Shown piece by piece: positions 1-7,441 of a stretch of DNA of 64,000 nt. The stretch is from Alphaproteobacteria bacterium. Its GTDB lineage: Bacteria; Pseudomonadota; Alphaproteobacteria; GCA-2746255. The notes beneath the pieces are model-generated. The model did not search any database and was not told the DNA's origin. It saw nothing but the letters and a program-made list of their open reading frames with translations. The stretch covers positions 1,990,056-2,054,055 of the forward strand of contig OZ252220.1 of assembly GCA_965249135.1 (NCBI GenBank), given 5' to 3'. A program made the translations under genes and the position numbers. The stretch's first letter is position 1, and each line of letters starts with the position of its first letter.

Positions 1-263
1 TCCAAAGTCCGCAGGCGAAGGCGAGGATGATAGCGGTCTGAACGGCGCCGACGAAGATGGAGCCCATGGCGGGAAGCGATTCGATGAAATAAAAGGCTTG
101 AAACACACTGGCCGCTCTCTCAGGCGCGGCAATCTTCTCGATGGACCAGACAAAGAAAGAAGGCCGCGGCCGTTAAACGAATAACGGCAAGGCCAAACTC
201 GAGACGGCGTGTGCTTAGGATTTCATTTAACATATCTATCGAAAATCGTAGGCTTTTTTTAGC

Positions 264-476
264 CTAAAGGGCCATAGATTCCCCTTCCAAGGCTTCTTCC
301 TGTGCTTGTTCCTCGATTTTCCAGCAAGCGTCACAAAGATCAACAAGCCTGCCACCACACGGGCAATCTTCGATTTCAGGGTCCGGATGGTGTGCCAGAA
401 TGCGCGACGTCGTCGCCACCGTTTCGATACCCTTTCGGATGCAGATTTCGCAGAGGTCCTTCGGTTCGGATGACAT
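264..476 (-). CDS. small Cys-rich protein (CxxC...CxC...CxxC), putative zinc/metal(loid)-binding protein, ~70 aa from internal Met
   Basis: Listed ORF 264..512, 82 aa. An internal ATG is preceded by GGAGGA. Six Cys in three pairs (DLCEIC, DCPCGG, DLCDAC). Divergent from the rhodanese-arsM pair. Third-position GC is only moderate. Confidence 0.35.
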   Translation of the reverse strand: MSSEPKDLCEICIRKGIETVATTSRILAHHPDPEIEDCPCGGRLVDLCDACWKIEEQAQEEALEGESMAL

Positions 477-797
477 TCGATCCTCCGGCAAGTCCGATTG
501 TTGTAGATACAAGCAACCTCATCATAGCGTAATTTTAAGGGGCTGGAAAAGGGCTCTTCGGCAACGGTCAGGGCGGCGGGCGAATCCAACTGCCTTCCCA
601 TGGACTTATCCAACAAGCCAACCCGTCGCGCTCGGTTTCTGGTAAAATCTGGGCAAACAACAGATTGCCCTTGTCCATGGGCGCGTACGGAAACATGAGA
701 GGGCTCGATGGCTTCCCGATTCAAGTTCACCATTGCCGCAGCAATTTTTGCCATTCTGTGGTGGTTGATTGCGAATTTCCTATAATAACCGCTTCGA

Positions 798-1415
798 ATG
801 ACGACTAGACTTTCACCAATGCAGGCAAGGGGATTTCGAAAAAAGGTAATTCTTTTTGCCATTCTCATTTTTGCACTCGCAGGCATTGGCGGCTTTTTCG
901 CCTTCAAAAATGAGGTCGGGCGGATCGCCAGCATCCCCAATCTCTCCCCGGAGGAACTCTCCCAGGGCCTTTCCACGCGTAAGGAAGATTTCGTTCCCTT
1001 TGACGTGCGAACGCCGGCAGAGTTTAGAGAAAGCCACCTTGCGGGAGCGATCCGGATCGAGCCCGGGATGAAGGCGCAAGGCTTTGCTCGGGAGCATGGG
1101 GATCGGCTGGAGGGGAAGACCGTGGTTTTCTATTGTACGCTTGGTGTGCGCAGCACGCGGCTTGTCCATCGAATCCGGGATCGCCTGGAAGGCCTAGGCA
1201 TTACCGCCTTCTATAACCTGAGCGGCGGCATCTTCCGATGGTCGAGGGAAGGCTATCCCGTCGTGAGGACAGAAACACCGGTGGACAGCCCCTTTACCCG
1301 CCGATCACCGATCGTTGATGAAGTTGCTGCACAACAGCGCTTTGCTCACGTTTCTCCTCGGGATAAAACAGGGTTTTCCATTACCGCTCCGATGGGTGAG
1401 GGGGACGCGCCATGA
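798..1415 (+). CDS. membrane-anchored rhodanese-domain sulfurtransferase
   Basis: N-terminal TM helix. Rhodanese active-site loop CTLGVRS (6-residue loop, sulfurtransferase type). Stop overlaps the arsM start (ATGA). Confidence 0.8.
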   Translation: MTTRLSPMQARGFRKKVILFAILIFALAGIGGFFAFKNEVGRIASIPNLSPEELSQGLSTRKEDFVPFDVRTPAEFRESHLAGAIRIEPGMKAQGFAREHGDRLEGKTVVFYCTLGVRSTRLVHRIRDRLEGLGITAFYNLSGGIFRWSREGYPVVRTETPVDSPFTRRSPIVDEVAAQQRFAHVSPRDKTGFSITAPMGEGDAP

Positions 1416-2580
1416 GCACGACGACACTCGATAAGGACGCCGCCGTTTTACGCCGTTATGCGGCAGCGTCGCAGGTTCGCGAAGAGGCCTTATGCTGCGC
1501 CCCGCAATACGACCCCGCCTATCTCAAAATTCTGCCCAAGGAAATTATCGAACGCGACTATGGCTGCGGAGATCCGACCTCTTACGTTCGTGAAGGCGAG
1601 ACGGTGTTGGATTTGGGAAGCGGCAGCGGTAAAACCTGCTATGTGCTTTCGCAGGTCGTAGGGTCGTCCGGCCGTGTGATCGGCATCGATTTTAATCCCG
1701 ACATGCTTGCCTTGGCGGAAAAGCACCGCCTCACAATCGCCAAGCGGATCGGCTGGGACAACGTCACCTTTTGTCGGGCTCGGATTCAAGACCTTCGGAC
1801 GGATATCGGGGTCCTCGAGAAGCAAATTGCCGAGAAACCGATCGCCAGTTACGAGGATTACAGCGCTTTCGAATCTCATCACCGCGAGATGGTGACGCCA
1901 CTCATTGCCGACAATAGCATCGACGTCATCGTCTCGAGCTGTGTGCTGAATCTTATCCATCCGGATGAAAAACAACTGCTATTCCAGGAGATGTATCGCG
2001 TGCTGAAAGTAGGCGGGCGCGTGGCGATCTCGGATATTGTGTCGGATGAAGAGGTCCCGGCACGCCTACGCGAAGATGCGGAGCTCTGGTCCGGTTGTGT
2101 TTCTGGTGCCTTTCAGGAGACGGCCTTCCTGCGTGCGTTCGAAGAAGTGGGTTTCTACGGGATTTCGATCGAAAAGCGCGACTCGACTCCATGGTGCACC
2201 GTCGAGGGTGCACCGTCGAGGGAATCGAATTTCGGTCCGTAACGGTAACCGCTCACAAGGGCAAGGAGGGCCCTTGCTGGGAGCGCAATCAGGCAGTGAT
2301 CTATAAGGGCCCTTGGCGGGAGGTACAGGACGATGACGGTCACGTTCTGCAACGCGGCGTACCGACGGCCGTATGTGACAAAACCTATCGGATTTTCACC
2401 CCCCCGTATAAGGGCGAGATCGATCCAGTGTCTCCTCGGGTCGATATTCCTTTGGAACAAGCCCATCCCTTCGACTGTTTACGCACCGTCGCACGTCATC
2501 CCAGAGAGACGAAGGGGATGGACTACGACGTCACCACGGAAGCGGCCGACGTTTGCGGATCGGAGAAGGATTGTTGTTGA
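1412..2580 (+). CDS. arsM: arsenite S-adenosylmethionine methyltransferase ArsM, reading frame interrupted by a 14-bp tandem duplication (ORF pieces 1412..2242 and 2095..2580); possible pseudogene
   Basis: N-terminal CC pair, YGCGDP and LDLGSGSG SAM motifs. The downstream frame carries conserved C-terminal segments (KGKEGPCWERNQAVIYKGPW and a Cys-rich tail). The frame change is +2, matching the 14-bp duplication. Confidence 0.8.
2193..2220. repeat. perfect 14-bp tandem duplication (ggtgcaccgtcgag x2) inside arsM
   Basis: Read directly: 2193-2206 equals 2207-2220. 14 mod 3 = 2 explains the switch from the frame of 1412 to the frame of 2095. Confidence 0.95.
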
Positions 2581-2598
2581 GAGTGAGGCCGTGGCCGC

Positions 2599-3129
2599 TT
2601 AGAGCCGTTCCGCGATAGCGTCTGCGTCGGGAGCCAGGTTTGCCAGAGTGGCGACCACTTCTTCCCACTGACCGGGCTTCATTTGTTGGACAAGCTGGGT
2701 TTGTACTTTCGTCCAAAGCGGCAGGGCTTCCTTCAGTCGCTTAACCCCTTTCGCGGTTAGGGCAAGCTCCTTATGGCGCTGCTTGGGACGGGCCTTCACC
2801 TTGATCAGACCATCCCGTTTAAGCGGCCTTAGATTGCGGGAAAGGGTTGAGGGATCCATCGCCATCTCCTGGGCAAGGCCCGAGATTGTTGGCCGATCCG
2901 CAAGCGCCGTACTGACCAGGATGGCCATTTGGTTTGCATGAAGCCCTGTGGGAGCCAGTGCTTCGTCGTAGAGCCGCGTCACCGCTCGGGAGGATCGCCG
3001 CAAGTTGTGGCAAACACAGACCTTTCTAGTCCGAGCAAATTTCTTAAGTTCTTCGCGATTCCATGCATCCGGCATGTGCATATCCCTTGATACTATCTCG
3101 GCAAGATAAGGAAAGCCGAACAATCCCAC
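2599..3129 (-). CDS. MarR-family transcriptional regulator
   Basis: MarR wHTH signature (NLRRSSRAVTRLYDEAL...GLHANQMAILVSTAL...ISGLAQEMAMDPSTLSRNLRPLKRDGLI). The real start is probably the internal MHMPDAW. Confidence 0.85.
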   Translation of the reverse strand: MGLFGFPYLAEIVSRDMHMPDAWNREELKKFARTRKVCVCHNLRRSSRAVTRLYDEALAPTGLHANQMAILVSTALADRPTISGLAQEMAMDPSTLSRNLRPLKRDGLIKVKARPKQRHKELALTAKGVKRLKEALPLWTKVQTQLVQQMKPGQWEEVVATLANLAPDADAIAERL

Positions 3130-3174
3130 AACTTCCCAGCTTTTGGCGGCCTCTCGTCTGCTGACAAAAAACTC

Positions 3175-3188
3175 TCACAAATTTGTGA
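3175..3188. promoter_or_regulatory. perfect 14-bp palindrome tcacaaatttgtga in the marR / P460 divergent intergenic region; candidate MarR operator
   Basis: Read directly; the only AT-rich stretch between two divergent genes. Confidence 0.4.
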
Positions 3189-3370
3189 TCGTCCAGAATT
3201 TGAACAGGCAAGTCCGTGTATATACAATCAAATATATATGGAACGATTCTAAAAATCAAAAACAAATCTCACTTACGGATTAAGAGGATCTCCTGAGGTT
3301 GGAACGTACCGAAGGAGGAAATGCAGAAGAAAAAAGTTGGTGTAATGCGACTTGGAATCAGGAGACTCCG

Positions 3371-4305
3371 ATGAGTGCAGATTCCCTAAAAACCCTTAAA
3401 TCCGTTTTGCTATCCGGCACCATGCTTCCTTTGGTGGCGGGGGCAGGCGTTATTGCGATTGGCGTGACGCTTGGTGACACCCCTGTGCAAGCCGAGCAGC
3501 TCGCGGGCTATTACAAAAATCAGGGAACGAAGAATCCCTGTGCCGCGAAGAATCCCGATATGGCAAGGCGGGGCTGCAACCCTTGTAACCCTTGCGCGGC
3601 GAAGGGCTGTACCCCTGTGGCCCGTGCGGTCCATGCGGTGCCGCTGCAGGCCCAGAGCTTTCGGATAAGGAAGCAGACGCGCTTTATAAGAAGCTCAAGG
3701 GCAAGATGGCGAAGGCCTACAAGCAATCCGGTCTTCCCTTCGCCGCCTATTACCAGACCTGGAAACGCTTCAATACCGTCCCATACGTTTCCGCCACCCA
3801 TGGCGGTCGTTATGTGAACAACTATGGGAACGCGAAGGCAGGCGCATACAGAAAATTCGAAGAAGCTGGGAAGATGCCCAAAAGCGCCATCCTTGTGAAA
3901 GACAGCTTCACGAGCGTGGCTGCGAAAGGATGCAACCCCTATAATCCCTGTGCGGCGAAGAACCCTTGTGCGGCGAAAGGATGCAATCCCTGCAACCCCT
4001 GCGCGGCGGAGAACCCTTGTGCGGCCAAGGGCTGCAACCCTTGCAGCCCGTGCGGTCCCTGCAACCCATGTGGGGCTACATCGAAATCTCCCATTGGTCC
4101 CCTCTTCGTCATGGAAAAGATGGGAGAAGGATTCTACCCCGCGAGCGGCGATTGGCGTTACACGATGGTCTTGCCAAACGGGCAGGTCTTTGGGACGACG
4201 AAGGGAAAGGGCTCCGACAAGGTTGAGTTCTGCATAACCTGTCACGTAGCTGCGGAAGATTACGATCACTTGATGTTCTTGCCGGACGAATATCGGAAAA
4301 AGTAA
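3371..4305 (+). CDS. cytochrome P460-family protein with signal peptide and two inserted Cys-rich NPC/AAK repeat modules; 1-nt frameshift near 3607-3617 (ORF pieces 3299..3817 and 3592..4305)
   Basis: AGGAG RBS before the ATG at 3371, followed by a signal peptide. C-terminal CITCH heme motif followed by [10 protein letters not shown], resembling the N. europaea P460 C-terminus (CAACH...DMVFTQFYP). About 20 extra Cys in [11 protein letters not shown] repeats. The frames join if one base is restored in tgtacccctgt. Confidence 0.7.
3919..4075 (+). repeat. coding tandem repeat (18-nt NPCAAK-type units) inside the P460 gene; a shorter block lies at 3535-3655
   Basis: Read directly: repeated aacccttg(t/c)gcggcgaag-like units. 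Confidence 0.8.
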
Positions 4306-4411
4306 CCGAAACCGGCATCCGAACATCCAAGCACTTTGGCCCATCCGCGGCGGCATCGCGTTAAAACGTGAGTCGCCCGGTGGTGTCAAGGTGCAAGTCT
4401 AGGGAAGAATC

Positions 4412-5440
4412 ATGCGCGAGGATTGGACAAGGCCCCTTTTATTGGCAGCTGGCATATTTATCTTTTGTGTAACCGCCTACCATCTTTTTTCAGGGAACGA
4501 CGTCCTGGCCAGCGATTTGCGCAAATCCAGCGATTTGCGCAAATGGAGGTCAGAATGGCCCCATACGGACTTTGCAAAAACATCGATCGACTTCAATGAG
4601 ATTTCTTCCGGGGGACCCAAGAAAGACGGTATTCCTGCAATTGATTATCCGAGATTTAAGCCGATCGATGAGATTTCGACGGTCGGCAATGATGAACTCG
4701 TTGTGACGGTTATTATTGGTGATGAGGCACGTGCCTATCCAGTGCAAGTCCTGATGTGGCACGAGATCGTCAATGACAAGATCGGGGAGGTGCCCCTTTC
4801 CGTCACGTTCTGCCCGCTTTGCAACTCGGCAGTCGTTTTCGACCGGCGGCTGAAAGGGAAAGTCCTGGATTTTGGGACCACCGGTAAACTTCGCAACTCA
4901 GACCTCGTCATGTACGACCGTCAAACGGAAAGCTGGTGGCAACAGTTCACGGGTGAGGCGATTGCCGGATCCCTTACCGGCGAAAAATTGACGTTCCTCC
5001 CGGCGCGGGTCGAATCCTTCGCGAAGTTTCGGAAGCGGGCTCCAAAGGGAAAAGTGCTGGTCCCGAATTATACGAGCATGCGTGCCTACGGCTACAATCC
5101 CTATGCCGGCTATGACCGCAATCCCTATCCTTTCCGCTATCGGGGCGAAATGCCGTCAAACATCGCCCCGTTGGAAAGAGTCGTCTCGGTGGGGAAAGAG
5201 GCCTGGAGCCTCAAATTTCTCCGCAAACGTCGAAAGATCGTCGCCGATGGTCTTATTCTCACATGGGAATCCGGCCAGAACTCGGCGCTTGATACAGAGC
5301 GTATCAGCGAGGGGCGCGATATAGGGAATGTCATCGTCCAACGGAAAACGGCGGATGGCCCGGAAGATGCCGTTCACGACATAAGTTTTGCCTTTGCGTT
5401 TCATGCCTTTCATCCCGACGGCGTGATTCACGTGGATTAG
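4412..5440 (+). CDS. DUF3179-family protein with N-terminal TM anchor
   Basis: Characteristic DUF3179 segments (VTFCPLCNSAVVFDR, TGKLRNSDLVMYDRQTESWWQQFTGEAI). Confidence 0.75.
   Translation: MREDWTRPLLLAAGIFIFCVTAYHLFSGNDVLASDLRKSSDLRKWRSEWPHTDFAKTSIDFNEISSGGPKKDGIPAIDYPRFKPIDEISTVGNDELVVTVIIGDEARAYPVQVLMWHEIVNDKIGEVPLSVTFCPLCNSAVVFDRRLKGKVLDFGTTGKLRNSDLVMYDRQTESWWQQFTGEAIAGSLTGEKLTFLPARVESFAKFRKRAPKGKVLVPNYTSMRAYGYNPYAGYDRNPYPFRYRGEMPSNIAPLERVVSVGKEAWSLKFLRKRRKIVADGLILTWESGQNSALDTERISEGRDIGNVIVQRKTADGPEDAVHDISFAFAFHAFHPDGVIHVD
4510..4545. repeat. in-frame 18-bp perfect tandem duplication (SDLRKS x2) in the DUF3179 gene
   Basis: cagcgatttgcgcaaatc repeated twice (4510-4527, 4528-4545). Confidence 0.9.
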
Positions 5441-5512
5441 GGAAACCCGGGTCGACGCGATGGGGATTATCAGCCCCGACGGCAATCAGAAAATACTATA
5501 TTTTTCAACAAA

Positions 5513-7093
5513 CTACGCAAAGTTGATCGGCCGTCCGATGAGCGATTCCGTAAGCCGTGCCGTGTTCCGGGCAACCAGCGCATAAATCGATACCTGGGGA
5601 TTGACGCCGAGGCTCGTCGGAAAGACGGATCCATCAAAAATGGAAAGCCCTTCGACTTGGTGATGGCGACCAAACGAATCGACGACCCCAAGCTTGGCAT
5701 CGTCCGACATCGCACAGCCGCCCATGATATGTGCAGAGAAGATAAGTGCGCGAGGAGGTTTCATCGAAAGACCCTCGGTGATCGCCTGTTTTGCCTCTCG
5801 CCAGCTTTCATAAGGCCGCGTCTCCCGGTGAACGGGAAAAACGGATTTTGCACCTGCTGCAAAGCTAAGTTCCGCCATCGAAAGATAAGCGTGACGGAAT
5901 CCTTCCCAGTGAAATTCATTTGTACGGTAGTCGAGCACGGGACTTTCATCTTTTTGGAGAACGACCGTGCCGCCTTCGAAAGAGGGATTGAACCCATCCC
6001 GTATTAGCGCAATCAAGGCATGCGTATAGGGAAGCTGCGCCATCCCGTCTGCACGCTGATCACCGAACGTCGGGATCGAAATCGCCGCATGAACGGGGAA
6101 AAGCGGAGGCACCTCAAGTTTATAGCCGACCTTTCCATCGATACCGTCGCGCCAGAGAAACTCATCCGAATAGATCGACTGCGGTGCTCCATCGAAAGGC
6201 AGGACTTCTTTCGATAATTCACCGGCAAGGGCATTGACCGGATGGAGGAAGGTTCGTTTACCAAGCCGTTGATAAGGATCTGGAATCTTGGATCGGAGAA
6301 GCAGGCCGGGTGAATTGATGCCACCCCCCGCCACGACGACGTTTGATGCATAAACCCTGATCTTCCGGCCGTTCGGATGAATACCTTCCGGATCGAGAGC
6401 CAGACACTGCACCATTTTCACCTGACCGTGCGCCGTTTCGATCTTCCTGGCTCTGGCATGGCTGATCAGGATGGCGCCGTGGTCAAGCGCCGCTGGAATC
6501 GTCGTTACCAGCATGGATTGTTTCGCATTCGTCGGGCATCCATAGCCGCAATAGCTGATGTTCCAGCATCCACGGACATTCCGGGACACGATGCCATGTT
6601 TCCAGCCAAGGGCATCGCAGCCACGAAGCAGCGCGCCGTTGTTGGCATTCGGAGGCACGTCCCAGGGCGCGATGGCAAAGCGGCGTTCCACCATTTCGAA
6701 CCACGGCGCCATCGTCTCTGCGTCCGTCTCCTTCACGCCAAACGCTTCCGCCCAATGGGCAAGGGTCTCGGGCGGCGTGCGGAAGCTTGCCGTCCAGTTG
6801 ACGACGGTGCCGCCGCCGACGGCCCGCCCCTGAAGGATGGTGATTGCCTTGTCCTTCGTCTTATGGCTTCCCGTGTCCCAATAGAGCCTACGGTAGGCGT
6901 CCCCCTCCCGGCCCGTGAAATCACGCGCCGTCCAATAGCCGCCTTCCTCGATCAGCACGACCTGCAGGCCGGCCTGGGCCAGCATTTCCGCCGCCACGCC
7001 GCCGCCGGCACCGGTACCGATGATGGCGACATCGGCGGCGAAGCTTTCGTCCTTCTCGAGCGTCGCAGCGTCGATATGGATTTGTTCCGCCAT
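5513..7093 (-). CDS. GMC-family FAD-dependent oxidoreductase (choline/alcohol/gluconate-2-dehydrogenase-like)
   Basis: N-terminal FAD fold (DVAIIGTGAGGGVAAEMLAQAGLQVVLIEEGGYW); GMC C-terminal domain. Confidence 0.85.
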   Translation of the reverse strand: MAEQIHIDAATLEKDESFAADVAIIGTGAGGGVAAEMLAQAGLQVVLIEEGGYWTARDFTGREGDAYRRLYWDTGSHKTKDKAITILQGRAVGGGTVVNWTASFRTPPETLAHWAEAFGVKETDAETMAPWFEMVERRFAIAPWDVPPNANNGALLRGCDALGWKHGIVSRNVRGCWNISYCGYGCPTNAKQSMLVTTIPAALDHGAILISHARARKIETAHGQVKMVQCLALDPEGIHPNGRKIRVYASNVVVAGGGINSPGLLLRSKIPDPYQRLGKRTFLHPVNALAGELSKEVLPFDGAPQSIYSDEFLWRDGIDGKVGYKLEVPPLFPVHAAISIPTFGDQRADGMAQLPYTHALIALIRDGFNPSFEGGTVVLQKDESPVLDYRTNEFHWEGFRHAYLSMAELSFAAGAKSVFPVHRETRPYESWREAKQAITEGLSMKPPRALIFSAHIMGGCAMSDDAKLGVVDSFGRHHQVEGLSIFDGSVFPTSLGVNPQVSIYALVARNTARLTESLIGRPINFA

Positions 7094-7415
7094 CAGACTA
7101 CCTTTTGCACCTCGTCCGGGATGTCCGGCGGCCCGTCATAGCCCACCCAGGGCCAGGCGCGCGGATTGTCGTACCAGGCGGCCATAACCAAGTCGTGGAA
7201 GGCGGCATAGGCAAGCTGCAGGAGCGTAAATGAGCTCGTCGACCAACGGCCCCCAGGAAATCCTCCACCTCTTTCCCGGAGGCCGTCTCCCAGCCGCTCC
7301 AAATGCCCGTGAGTGCTATTCTGGCCGGCGGGAAGTCCAATAGGTCGAAAAGCTGGCGCAGGTCAGCCTGCATCAGGGGGGACATGGCGGCGATTAGGCG
7401 GTCGATTTCACCCAA
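7093..7415 (-). CDS. small hypothetical protein translationally coupled to the GMC oxidoreductase (TGATG overlap); apparent frameshift near 7226-7234 (ORF pieces 7098..7415 and 7093..7302)
   Basis: Each overlapping ORF has one protein-like half and one junk-like half; the halves join across an A3/T3 run. Confidence 0.45.
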
Positions 7416-7441
7416 GATTTCGGCAATCGCAGCCGGCCGCC

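Noticed and set aside
1-110. Possible 5' end of a minus-strand membrane-protein gene running off the window start (…SLPAMGSIFVGAVQTAIILAFACGLW)
   Set aside because: It has hydrophobic character, but no clear start codon or RBS is visible, and too little sequence lies in the window to support a call.
236-976. 246-aa minus-strand ORF
   Set aside because: It is antisense to the well-supported rhodanese gene over most of its length and has a junk-like, Arg-rich composition. Only its 3'-proximal 70 codons (264-476) are kept as a possible small Cys-rich gene.
3919-4075. Considered whether the regular 18-nt repeats could be a CRISPR-like array
   Set aside because: The units are directly adjacent with no spacers, are in frame and are under coding constraint (NPCAAK), inside an ORF with signal peptide and heme domain. 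No cas genes are present.
3520-4389. 289-aa minus-strand ORF antisense to the P460 gene
   Set aside because: It is an artefact of the GC-rich, stop-poor Cys-repeat tract on the opposite strand; the composition is not protein-like.
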